Shown in pieces: positions 18,432 to 27,669 of a DNA stretch of 48,801 bases (position 1 is its first letter; each line of letters opens with the position of its first letter). The translations under genes and the position numbers were made by a program. The notes beneath the pieces are model-generated. The model saw nothing but the letters and a program-made list of their open reading frames with translations, made no database searches and was not told where the DNA came from. Where the stretch lies: IMG/VR virus record IMGVR_UViG_3300020414_002797, positions 1 through 48,801 of that record, one strand, 5' to 3'. This DNA is from a virus. Its lineage: Duplodnaviria > Caudoviricetes.

Positions 18432-18785
18432 ATGAATTTTTTATTGCACCCTATTTTTCTTTCATCTGTTTTTTTTATTTTAGGTCATACTATGGGTTGG
18501 TTTGCCGGAAATGCTCAGTTTGTTTGGGACTACTGGAAAGAAAAGGCAATATTGGCAACACTACTTTTTGGAACGCCTGCAGGTTTGTTTTTTTGGTATG
18601 GTACAAAATTTGCTTACGAGCACATTGAAAGTCTTTGGTCTGTTAGATTTTTAGCTGCAGCTTTATCATACTTTATTTTTCCTATTTTGACTTGGTATTT
18701 TATGGAAGAATCAATGTTTACACTAAAGACTATGCTTAGTATATTTCTTGCCTGGTCTATTCTTGCAGTTCAATACTATCTTTAA
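18432..18785 (+). CDS. Small four-TM membrane protein (SMR/EamA-like size)
   Basis: Four hydrophobic segments in 117 aa. Confidence 0.65.
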   Translation: MNFLLHPIFLSSVFFILGHTMGWFAGNAQFVWDYWKEKAILATLLFGTPAGLFFWYGTKFAYEHIESLWSVRFLAAALSYFIFPILTWYFMEESMFTLKTMLSIFLAWSILAVQYYL

Positions 18786-18850
18786 AAAATTATAAATATT
18801 ATATAAAGCCCATTTTCCCGGCATACTTAAATATATGCAAGGAGGATATT

Positions 18851-20425
18851 ATGGGTTTTTTTGCTGTCTTATTTTTACTAAGCTGTAGTGACTATTTAAT
18901 TAAAAACTATGAAAAAATAGGTCCTGAACTTGTTGTTTATCCCGAGGTCATAGATTTTGGACATAAAATATCAGGACAAGAAACAGGTCAAATAACTTTT
19001 GCAATTATAAATGCAGGTGACGAAGATTTAATTATAAGTAATCCGGAACTAGCTATTGAAAACGAGAGATACAATCTTGATGATGAGTTAGAAGAAAATT
19101 ATACCATCTTACCCGGAGAAACACAAGAGTTTAACATTTACTATTCTCCAATAACTTACGAAAACAATGAAAACATAATTAGATTTGTAACTAATGATGA
19201 AGATGAAACTCAGTATGAATTACCTGTCACTGGTTTTGGTGATGCACCAGTTTTAACAGTAGAACCTGCGGAGTTTGATTACGGTCAAATAAGTATTGGT
19301 TGTGACAATGAAGAAAGAATAACAATTAGAAACGAAGGAAATCTATCTTTAATAATTAACAATGTTACACAAATGGTAACACAACCACAAGATATCATAA
19401 TGGAAATGGGAAGCTTACCGCCTTTACCTTGGGATCTTTTACCTGGTCAAGAAGTTGACTTTCTTATTTCTTATGCGCCTATAGATATTAGCTACGATGA
19501 AAGCATAGTAAGAATAGAAAGCAATGATCCTATTTTACCAATGATTGAAGTTATTCAATATGGTGAAGGTGACGTTGAACACTGGTATAATCAGACACAT
19601 ATTCAAGAAGAAGTATCATTATTAGACGTATTATTTGTTATAGATAATTCAGGATCAATGAACATATTCCAGCAAGAACTTAGTAGTCAAATGAGTACTT
19701 TTATGAATGTGTTTAATAGTCTAGGAGCAGACTATCACTTAGCTGTTATTACAACTGATGAAGCACGATTTACACAATACAACGGCTATTCTTGGATTGA
19801 TACAACACATCCAGACCCAGTACAATGGATTCAAAGCGTCATATCATCGATCGGTATTCATGGTAGTGGCTTTGAAAAAGGAATAGAGATGGCAAGGTAT
19901 GCTCTTGAAGGAGATGCTGCGCCAGGAAATGGCTATAGTCGAGAAAATGCAACAATGGTAATAATATATGTTTCCGATGAACCAGACCATTCTCAAGGAA
20001 GTTATGCTTCTTATTATAGTTTTTTTGATAATTTTAAACTATCAAATAGCTTAATGAGACATTTTGCTGTCATTGGAGATAGTCCAGCTGGTTGCAGTTT
20101 TTATTATTTAAATAGAAATAGACATATTGAATTTGGCGCAGGATACTATGAAATGACTCAAAGATATAATGGTGACTGGTATTCAATTTGCTCAACAGAT
20201 TGGGGTCAACAAATGCAAAATCTTGCAAATACTGTTACAACACAGCGCGTTTTTAACATCGAGGAAAGCGATCCAGTTGAAAATACAATAACTGTAACTG
20301 TAAACGGTCAGGTTTCAAATAGCTGGTCATATGACCCCGTTATAAATTCAATAGTCTTTAATGAAAACGCTGTTCCCGAACCAGGCCAAACAATTGAAAT
20401 AGAATATGCTATTTGGGGATGTTAA
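18851..20425 (+). CDS. Lipoprotein with two Ig-like (choice-of-anchor D-like) domains and a VWA domain
   Basis: FLLSC lipobox; IDFG...I.N.G..L.I repeats; DVLFVIDNSGSM MIDAS; VSDEPD. Confidence 0.8.
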   Translation: MGFFAVLFLLSCSDYLIKNYEKIGPELVVYPEVIDFGHKISGQETGQITFAIINAGDEDLIISNPELAIENERYNLDDELEENYTILPGETQEFNIYYSPITYENNENIIRFVTNDEDETQYELPVTGFGDAPVLTVEPAEFDYGQISIGCDNEERITIRNEGNLSLIINNVTQMVTQPQDIIMEMGSLPPLPWDLLPGQEVDFLISYAPIDISYDESIVRIESNDPILPMIEVIQYGEGDVEHWYNQTHIQEEVSLLDVLFVIDNSGSMNIFQQELSSQMSTFMNVFNSLGADYHLAVITTDEARFTQYNGYSWIDTTHPDPVQWIQSVISSIGIHGSGFEKGIEMARYALEGDAAPGNGYSRENATMVIIYVSDEPDHSQGSYASYYSFFDNFKLSNSLMRHFAVIGDSPAGCSFYYLNRNRHIEFGAGYYEMTQRYNGDWYSICSTDWGQQMQNLANTVTTQRVFNIEESDPVENTITVTVNGQVSNSWSYDPVINSIVFNENAVPEPGQTIEIEYAIWGC

Positions 20426-21291
20426 ATATCCTTTAGGTCTTCGTACCACTCTTCCATAAATGATTCACCAGTAATTTCTTCAAGTTTGCGAATCATTTTC
20501 TCCATATTAACTCGTACAACTTTACCAGTCCTAGTGTTCCTAGAAAAGTAATGCCACTCACCTTCAGGATTGTGAGGTGATATTTGAGTCACGTTCTGTT
20601 GAGAATCACTAACAAATATCTCTGCGTGGCCGTTCACAAGCTTTGAGTATATTTGTGCATGGTTGACAGTCAACGAAGGATCAGTTGTACCCTGGCAATT
20701 TAAGTGAAGATAATTAGAAATTGCAGCATCGCCGGTAACATCCAGCTTGAAGTTCGGAGAAGTATTTCCTATTCCTATGTTACCATCAACTGTTAGGTTC
20801 GTGCTGTTTACTAGCTGCAAAGAATCATGTCTGAGTCGGGCTGTAATACCACTCGAACCATTTTTCATATTAGCAAACTCTATAATACCTTGTTCAGAAC
20901 CATCAGTAACAGAACCTATCTTTCCTGTTATTTTTGCGTATGTTACATTTTGGTCTGCGTTGTTTTCACCTTGAAACTTAAGTTGTCCGAGATAGTCGGC
21001 GTTTGCCGGAGAAGAACTGTTTCTTTTTAGTTTAATGACGGGTGAAGCAGAGTTTGAGTCTTCCGTAGTTTCTAAAAATAAAAGATCGTCAGTTGTGCTA
21101 TTTGACACATGAATCTGTGTGTTGGGCGAACTAGTTCCAACACCAATTCTTCCATTAATGACAATGTTGTTCAAAGTTTGTATACTTCCCGTAACTACAA
21201 GTGAATGGTCGCCAGTTCCTGCACTACCGCTAATAATAACACCTTCGTTAAACTTTACGGTTGCTCTACCCATGTTTTGTATTTTTGGCAT
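20422..21291 (-). CDS. Tail-fibre-like virion protein
   Basis: GVGTSSP and GIGNTSP..KLDVTG repeats; S/T/G/N-rich. Confidence 0.6.
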   Translation of the reverse strand: MPKIQNMGRATVKFNEGVIISGSAGTGDHSLVVTGSIQTLNNIVINGRIGVGTSSPNTQIHVSNSTTDDLLFLETTEDSNSASPVIKLKRNSSSPANADYLGQLKFQGENNADQNVTYAKITGKIGSVTDGSEQGIIEFANMKNGSSGITARLRHDSLQLVNSTNLTVDGNIGIGNTSPNFKLDVTGDAAISNYLHLNCQGTTDPSLTVNHAQIYSKLVNGHAEIFVSDSQQNVTQISPHNPEGEWHYFSRNTRTGKVVRVNMEKMIRKLEEITGESFMEEWYEDLKDI

Positions 21292-21357
21292 ATTAATCCC
21301 GTTTTTTAATTTCTTTACTAATAATTATATCGAATAAAACATTTTTACGGTGAGATA

Positions 21358-22368
21358 ATGAAAGCAAAAAAAGGAGAGTGGTTTTCTTTAAAATGGGAAC
21401 CTCTTTGTTATCATGATAGAATATCATTTTTTGAATTAAAAAGGTGCCCAAAATTCTTTTGTGCAAACGAAGACACAAATAGTATTGAATCAATACTCGA
21501 ATCCAGGTATCCTAATTTAAGACTTGTTTCTGTCAGTTTGACAACTATTTTTATTAAATGCAAAGACGGTTTAAGAGTTCCAACACATTATAGAGTTGGT
21601 GAATTTATGCCAGGAGATAATACAAAATACGATCTCTGGATTAAAACATTTTATGATCTTGATAATGAAATTAGTCAACAAATAAAAGCAAAAAATATCA
21701 TACAGCAAAAAACAATATACTTAGAGCACACAGCTAAAATAATTAGGCATGATATGCATAGCGGTATAAATACATACATGCCTCGAGGATTAAACTCGCT
21801 TTTAGAAAAGCTTCCTGAATCTGTTATCGAAGAATACAATCTTAAAAAAAGTATAACACTTTTACAAGAAGGACTAAGACACACACAACGAGTATATCAG
21901 GGAGTCTATGCATTTACTAACCTTGTAAAGAAAAAATCTCAAATAGAAAAAGAGGATTGTGATTTACAATCTGTTATTTTAAACAGCTTAAAAAGATCTT
22001 CATATTCTTCAAGTGTTACTGTTGAAAGACTTTGTAATGCAAATGTTAATGAATCTTTGTTTGGAACTGCAGTTAATAATTTTATTAAAAACGGGCTAGC
22101 TTATAATGATAGTAATGAAAAACGTGTAAAAATATATTTAAAAAGCCCAAATGAAATTGCAATTGAAGACAACGGAAGAGGTATGACACAGTTTGAATAT
22201 GATTTACAATGCATGCCTTTTATTAAAAGTGACATTGAAGAAGAGATAACTGGAATGGGAATAAATATTGCAAACTCAATACTAGAAGAACACGGATTTT
22301 CAGTATATGTAGATGAAATAGAAAGTGGTACAGTAATCGTAATAAACATTAAAGAAGGTGTCTCATGA
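21358..22368 (+). CDS. Histidine kinase 1 (no clear TM; unknown N-terminal domain)
   Basis: H-box IIRHDMHSG, N-box NFIKNGLAYN, G1 IEDNGRGM, G2 GMGINIA. Confidence 0.85.
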   Translation: MKAKKGEWFSLKWEPLCYHDRISFFELKRCPKFFCANEDTNSIESILESRYPNLRLVSVSLTTIFIKCKDGLRVPTHYRVGEFMPGDNTKYDLWIKTFYDLDNEISQQIKAKNIIQQKTIYLEHTAKIIRHDMHSGINTYMPRGLNSLLEKLPESVIEEYNLKKSITLLQEGLRHTQRVYQGVYAFTNLVKKKSQIEKEDCDLQSVILNSLKRSSYSSSVTVERLCNANVNESLFGTAVNNFIKNGLAYNDSNEKRVKIYLKSPNEIAIEDNGRGMTQFEYDLQCMPFIKSDIEEEITGMGINIANSILEEHGFSVYVDEIESGTVIVINIKEGVS

Positions 22369-23306
22369 TAGTTAAGTTTTTAAAAAGCCATTTTAAAAGA
22401 ACGTTTCAATTTCATAGAATGGAAAAAAGATCAAAAATATGCTTGTCACTATCTTTGTTCATTATGTTTTTTTTAATAGTTACTCAAAGTCTTGTTATTT
22501 TTGAAATATTCGAGCCGAATTATATTATCGATGTTATTGAATACATCTTTGTTCTTTCTTTTTTGCCTGTATTTTTATCTTTTATTAAAGACTTTCTTGA
22601 CAAAATAAACTCCAAAGAAGACTTGCTTCTTGAAGAAGTAATTAAAAAAAATACATATCTTGAACATGCTGCAAAAATAATTAGGCATGATATGCATAGC
22701 GGTATAAACACATATATTCCAAGAGGCATAAAATCTCTAGAAAGAAGACTAAACAAAGAAACAATAAAAGAGTTTAAACTTGAAGCTCCCTTAAGGCTCC
22801 TTAATGAGGGTTTGTCTCATACACAGCAGGTTTATAAAGGTGTTTTTGAATTTACAAACTTAGTAAGACAAGACACAGAGTTACAAATAGAATCGATAAA
22901 GATTAAAGATGCTTTGTATAAATATTTAAAAAGAACCTCGTACAAAGATCAAGTTTTAATTGAAGATCTTCCTAGCCTAAATGTTAATGAATCTCTTTTT
23001 TGTACAGCTATTGATAATCTTATAAGGAATGGATTAAAGTACAATGATAGTAAAACAAAATGGGTAAAAATAAAAATGATTGATAAAAAGCATCTTGCCA
23101 TTATTGATAACGGAAGAGGAATGTCAAACGAGCAGTTTAAAAAAATGATGAAACCTTATGTTCGAGCAAGATGTCAAAAAGAAAGTGGCAGTGGATTAGG
23201 GCTAAATATTTGTGTTGCAATTTTAAATGAACATGAATTTAAAGTAAATGTAGAAAAACTGGAAAAAGGAACAATGATCGCAATAGATATAGAAAGGGGA
23301 CTCTAA
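22365..23306 (+). CDS. Histidine kinase 2 (two N-terminal TM helices)
   Basis: H-box IIRHDMHSG, NLIRNGLKYN, IDNGRGM, GSGLGLNIC. Confidence 0.9.
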   Translation: MIVKFLKSHFKRTFQFHRMEKRSKICLSLSLFIMFFLIVTQSLVIFEIFEPNYIIDVIEYIFVLSFLPVFLSFIKDFLDKINSKEDLLLEEVIKKNTYLEHAAKIIRHDMHSGINTYIPRGIKSLERRLNKETIKEFKLEAPLRLLNEGLSHTQQVYKGVFEFTNLVRQDTELQIESIKIKDALYKYLKRTSYKDQVLIEDLPSLNVNESLFCTAIDNLIRNGLKYNDSKTKWVKIKMIDKKHLAIIDNGRGMSNEQFKKMMKPYVRARCQKESGSGLGLNICVAILNEHEFKVNVEKLEKGTMIAIDIERGL

Positions 23307-23345
23307 CACCTTTTTCTAGTTTTTTGTTTTTGTTTTGGAGAAAAA

Positions 23346-23777
23346 ATGATTGATTCTATTTTGCTTGTCGATGATGAGAATTTATTTCACTTAGTATTTG
23401 AAGATGCTTGTTCGTTGTTGGATATAACATTAAATCTACAATCTATGACATCAGCTGACAGAGCTGCAGATCTTTTTAAAGTTTGGCAGAAAAAACCAAA
23501 AGGAAAGCCTGACTGTGTATTTGTAGATTTAAATATTGTTGGCTCCTCATTTAACGGAATTGAACTAACACGTAAAATTAATTATGAATACGGCAATGGT
23601 GTGGTCATAGGAATTATAAGTTCATCAGCTGACAATGAAGAAATGGGAAAAGCGATTAATGCAGGCGCACAATTTTGGATTGTAAAATCAGATGATATTG
23701 AACCGCGTCTTGAAGAGTTTAAAAAAGATTATGACGGATATTCAAATAGAACAAACGAGTTTAAGGTTTATAAATGA
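23346..23777 (+). CDS. Single-domain response regulator (CheY-like receiver)
   Basis: LLVDDE, VFVDLNI phospho-Asp, NGIEL, ISSS, WIVKS. Confidence 0.9.
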   Translation: MIDSILLVDDENLFHLVFEDACSLLDITLNLQSMTSADRAADLFKVWQKKPKGKPDCVFVDLNIVGSSFNGIELTRKINYEYGNGVVIGIISSSADNEEMGKAINAGAQFWIVKSDDIEPRLEEFKKDYDGYSNRTNEFKVYK

Positions 23778-24703
23778 AAATATCTCAACAAAAATTAAAA
23801 CAAATTATTAGACAAATTATTAAAGAGGCACCTTTTGCTGAAGACCTGGGTTCAATTGAAAGTGAAACTGATGATGATATATCTTTTTTAGGAGGCGTCT
23901 CGTCGGGTATAGCTCCTTATATGATTCAGGATGCAGATGAAGAAACTAAAAAAAAGATAGCAAGGCAAAAAAAGGCAGCAAGACACTATGCCACTGGAAA
24001 ATCTTTTAAAGAAGAGGCAAAAAAAAGGTATAAGTATCTTGATGCAAATGTTTTTGTATTGTCACAAATAGGCTCTTTTTCTTTTAAACCTGGAACTGTA
24101 TCAAATACAAAAAGAAGAGAATTTCTTCCTAGCGGTGTTCAAAAAAGAGTTACGTTTAATAAGCTAGGCGAAAAAGCTTTTAATTTTTTAAAGCAAGTAA
24201 AACCTGATATTGATTTATCAAAAGTAAAAAATACAGATACAATAATTTATTATCAAACTGACGCTATTGGTAGCAAACAGCAGACATATAAAATGACACC
24301 CTGGATGATAATTCATGCAATTATTGATAGTCTTTCGTTTAGAAGAAAACTATCAGAGCTAACAAATATTGACTTTTACAAAGGGTTAAGCGGACCTCTT
24401 CATCCAACAAAATACGTATACGATATCATGACTACAGGCAGTTCAAATGTAAAAAAGAATTTTGGATCCAAGGCTCAGTTAGGTACTCGCTATCCTACTG
24501 ACGATGCTATCGCAGAAATGATTTGTCAAGAACTTTTAACCCAAAAAGGTGTTCATTTTAACAGAGAAGGTCTTAGCCTTGAAGAGAACGGAGACCTTGA
24601 CAAAATTGAATTTCACATTAAGGAAATAGCTAATTGGTTTCAAGAGTATATGCAAGGAAAACTTATTGTTGTTGATGGTCATATTTCACAGGTGCGTACA
24701 TGA
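23774..24703 (+). CDS. Leader-tagged hypothetical protein (MKISQQKLKQIIRQIIKEA)
   Basis: Shared leader; ATGA-type coupling. Confidence 0.75.
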   Translation: MKISQQKLKQIIRQIIKEAPFAEDLGSIESETDDDISFLGGVSSGIAPYMIQDADEETKKKIARQKKAARHYATGKSFKEEAKKRYKYLDANVFVLSQIGSFSFKPGTVSNTKRREFLPSGVQKRVTFNKLGEKAFNFLKQVKPDIDLSKVKNTDTIIYYQTDAIGSKQQTYKMTPWMIIHAIIDSLSFRRKLSELTNIDFYKGLSGPLHPTKYVYDIMTTGSSNVKKNFGSKAQLGTRYPTDDAIAEMICQELLTQKGVHFNREGLSLEENGDLDKIEFHIKEIANWFQEYMQGKLIVVDGHISQVRT

Positions 24704-25320
24704 AAATAACAAAACAAAAATTAAGATATTTAATTAAAGAATCTTTAGGCAGACTTGTTTTAGAAACTTTGAAAAAACCTAAAACCTTGCATGTTTTTGA
24801 CTTTGATGAAACTTTGGCAGAAACAGACTCAAGAGTTATTATTACACGCCGAGGTGAAAAAGGAGAATATCTAACTTCCTCGGAATATCGAGAATATAAA
24901 AAACTCAAATCACAAAATTTAGTAAAACCAGGAAGGGAAAATCATAGAACCTTTAAGCGGGTAAAAGAAGGAACGATGATACAACCTGTTTATAATAGAT
25001 ATATTTCATTACAAAACTTAGGCGAATCTATTGTTATAATAACAGCGCGGCCTGTTGAGGCTGAGCCAACTATCACTTCTTTTTTGGAGTCAAATCAAAT
25101 TATTAATCCTGAGATATATTGCACCAGAGGCTCAAAAAATAAACCAGCAGTTCTTACAAGACTTTTGTCACAAAATGAATTTGAAAAAGTATCAGTTTAT
25201 GAAGACGATATAAATAATATTTTAATGCTTAAAAATACTGCTCTTGAAATGGGAGTCGATTTTGAAGGTTTTCTTGTAGTCAAAGAAGAAGATGGTACGT
25301 TTAGTGTAATAAGTGTTTAA
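24700..25320 (+). CDS. Leader-tagged HAD-fold protein
   Basis: MKITKQKLRYLIKES; VFDFDETL, ITAR, YEDD. Confidence 0.75.
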   Translation: MKITKQKLRYLIKESLGRLVLETLKKPKTLHVFDFDETLAETDSRVIITRRGEKGEYLTSSEYREYKKLKSQNLVKPGRENHRTFKRVKEGTMIQPVYNRYISLQNLGESIVIITARPVEAEPTITSFLESNQIINPEIYCTRGSKNKPAVLTRLLSQNEFEKVSVYEDDINNILMLKNTALEMGVDFEGFLVVKEEDGTFSVISV

Positions 25321-25321
25321 C

Positions 25322-25888
25322 ATGAAACTAGTTTTGTGTGAAAAAGATATAGATCAATTAATAAAATTGTCTGAAGAGAAAAATATATTCTTGGAAGGAA
25401 ATATAATAAAAGTAATTGAATCTGACGATGAAAATTTTAAAAATTATCTTAAAAAGGCAAAAGAAAAAGATTCCTCTACGAGAAAGAAAAGGCTAGAGAT
25501 AACAAGACAAGTACAGGATCAAAATAGAAAACTCGAAGAAAAAGCTGTAGAAAACGAAAAGCTTATGACTGATCTTAAAAAAGCTTTAGACGAGGCTGAG
25601 GGTGCTAAAGAAGCAGCTATAAATGATCTAGATTTAATTCAAAAAAAGAGCCAATTTGAACTAATGGGGCAAATTATAAAAGTTGCTCTGTGGGTAATTA
25701 TGGGCGTCGGAATACTTACAACACTTTTATATATTGTTGCACTTTATACAAAGGGATCAGGCCCTGACACTACTCTCATAGGAAACACTTGGTCAAATTT
25801 GTTAGGTATATTATTGACAAATTCATTTAGTATTGTTGGCACTATTATGGGAGTCAAATATGCGAGCAATGATAAAAAAGAAGAGTAG
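25322..25888 (+). CDS. Coiled-coil protein with two C-terminal TM helices
   Basis: Heptad-rich middle; hydrophobic VALWVIMGVGILTTLLYIVAL and LLGILLTNSFSIVGTIMGV. Confidence 0.75.
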   Translation: MKLVLCEKDIDQLIKLSEEKNIFLEGNIIKVIESDDENFKNYLKKAKEKDSSTRKKRLEITRQVQDQNRKLEEKAVENEKLMTDLKKALDEAEGAKEAAINDLDLIQKKSQFELMGQIIKVALWVIMGVGILTTLLYIVALYTKGSGPDTTLIGNTWSNLLGILLTNSFSIVGTIMGVKYASNDKKEE

Positions 25889-25903
25889 TTCTATTCTTTC
25901 ATT

Positions 25904-25932
25904 GTGTAATCTGTGTTAAAAAATAATATAAT
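25904..25932 (+). promoter_or_regulatory. Phage early-type promoter
   Basis: GTGTAA-N17-TATAAT. Confidence 0.75.
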
Positions 25933-25970
25933 AGTATTACAAATATTATTATAAAAACACAGGAGGACTT

Positions 25971-26150
25971 ATGTCATCAAACAAATCAGGTTATGAAATT
26001 AGATCTGAGGTCTTAAAAGTTGCTGCAGGTATCTGTCAGTCAAAGTATAAAAACCAACCAGATCTTTTAACAGAAGATCGTATTATTGAAACAGCAAAAG
26101 CATTATATACGTTTGTTCTAGACAAAGGAGTCTCAAATGGTTCTAAGTAA
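25971..26150 (+). CDS. Small conserved phage protein (59 aa)
   Basis: AGGAGG RBS; GYEIRSEVLK...IIETAKALYTFV. Confidence 0.7.
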   Translation: MSSNKSGYEIRSEVLKVAAGICQSKYKNQPDLLTEDRIIETAKALYTFVLDKGVSNGSK

Positions 26151-26643
26151 ATTAACATTTATTTCTCTTTTAACTGAAGGCATCAATACAGTTGTTCCTT
26201 TATTCGAAGATGAAGTCTATACATGTTACGAAGTAGTTCAGGATTATTTAAAAGAAAACTTTACTACTTTGAATTGCGACCTTAATGAAAAAGATGAATC
26301 AGGTTTTCCATCAATTACAATCTCAAACAAAGATTCAGGGGAAAATGCATTTTCTCTTTCTTTTGAAAATGAAAAAATATTTGTTCTTAAGGACGGCGAC
26401 CTTTTAGACTTTGAAATAGCCGGATCAATGTATGGAATATTAACAATATTATGCACCTTTCTAATAGCAAGACTTAATAGTTTTTCATTTAAGTCAAAAG
26501 AAATTGATCCATTTAATACTGAGGTTAGCATAGATGATCCACTTTCATATGATGACTTTAAAGGCAAAACTAAAGGCGATAACCCACCGACTCCTGAAAT
26601 AGAAGAAGAGTCTGAGTCTGATTTTGATGATGACTGGATATAA
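26137..26643 (+). CDS. Acidic hypothetical protein ending DFDDDWI
   Basis: AAGGAG RBS. Confidence 0.7.
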   Translation: MVLSKLTFISLLTEGINTVVPLFEDEVYTCYEVVQDYLKENFTTLNCDLNEKDESGFPSITISNKDSGENAFSLSFENEKIFVLKDGDLLDFEIAGSMYGILTILCTFLIARLNSFSFKSKEIDPFNTEVSIDDPLSYDDFKGKTKGDNPPTPEIEEESESDFDDDWI

Positions 26644-26658
26644 TTTGTTTCTAACATT

Positions 26659-26687
26659 GAGTAATTGTATTTTATTTTTTGTATAAT
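26659..26687 (+). promoter_or_regulatory. Phage early-type promoter
   Basis: GAGTAA-N17-TATAAT. Confidence 0.8.
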
Positions 26688-26719
26688 AAAAATATGGATG
26701 CAAAAGGAGAAATATAAAA

Positions 26720-27262
26720 ATGTATGATTCGCTAATTAGAGAAATTAATTTTTGGCTTAGTCGAAGAGAATTACCATACCATGTAATACCGTTTGGTTTT
26801 CGTTCTGAAGAAATTGTTTTTTGTCATAAAACTAGTCGGTCAAAAAAACCTAAGCCACTTAAAGATAATTTTTACATAGTAAGAAAAAGCGTTGAAACAA
26901 AGTGGGGTACAAAAGTTATTGTTGTAGATATTAACAAGAATGAAGTTTGGGCAGATGCTGCAAATATTACATCTTTGCCTCCAGAAATTTCCAAGCTAGT
27001 TCCCAAAGAGCTAACTAGAACCCTGGAGGCAAACCTTTATGATAAGATTCTTGATGATTGTACTCCCGCAATAGGTGAGGTTCTTAAAAAGAATCATGCG
27101 GGTCTTGAAATTTATTTTACTTCTGGTCAAAAGGTTTTTGTTTCTAGAAAAATTATTTATCCAGATAGTATTTACTATAATGCTTCTCCTGGAGAAACAA
27201 TATCACTAAATATACCAGTTTGGTTTGCAGAAAAAAACAAAATCATTGAAAACAGGAAATAA
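26720..27262 (+). CDS. Hypothetical protein
   Basis: AAGGAG RBS. Confidence 0.7.
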   Translation: MYDSLIREINFWLSRRELPYHVIPFGFRSEEIVFCHKTSRSKKPKPLKDNFYIVRKSVETKWGTKVIVVDINKNEVWADAANITSLPPEISKLVPKELTRTLEANLYDKILDDCTPAIGEVLKKNHAGLEIYFTSGQKVFVSRKIIYPDSIYYNASPGETISLNIPVWFAEKNKIIENRK

Positions 27263-27264
27263 TC

Positions 27265-27669
27265 ATGAAAGACATTGAAATTATAACATTTGAAAAAATA
27301 TCTAAAAAATCTTTTAGAGCAACGGGCAGAATTGGTGAAAAAACTTTTGAAGCAAAAACCATTGTCCATAAAGGAAATCCTATTTTTAAAATTTACGAAG
27401 ACGGTGTTGTTAAAAAAACAACAGACCCGTCTTCAAAGTTTTCCTTAGGAGAAAGAATGTCAATTGCTTCTTTTCTTAAAAAATATGCCAAGGGAAAAAT
27501 TGACAAGGAAGGTCGTCCAGTTGACAATCAAAGAAATCCAGGTATTGGAATAACAATCCAACTACAAAATAAAATTGACGATCTTTTACTTGAAAACAAA
27601 AGATTAAAACAGCTACTTGAAGAAAATGAAATACAGTTTTGCTTTGATTACGAGGAGGCAGATGAATAG
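27265..27669 (+). CDS. Hypothetical protein with C-terminal coiled coil
   Basis: ORF in operon. Confidence 0.7.
   Translation: MKDIEIITFEKISKKSFRATGRIGEKTFEAKTIVHKGNPIFKIYEDGVVKKTTDPSSKFSLGERMSIASFLKKYAKGKIDKEGRPVDNQRNPGIGITIQLQNKIDDLLLENKRLKQLLEENEIQFCFDYEEADE

Noticed and set aside
21358-23777. Two-component genes as evidence the window is a bacterial chromosome
   Set aside because: They are coupled to phage-type leader genes with the same composition, and no cellular housekeeping operons are present
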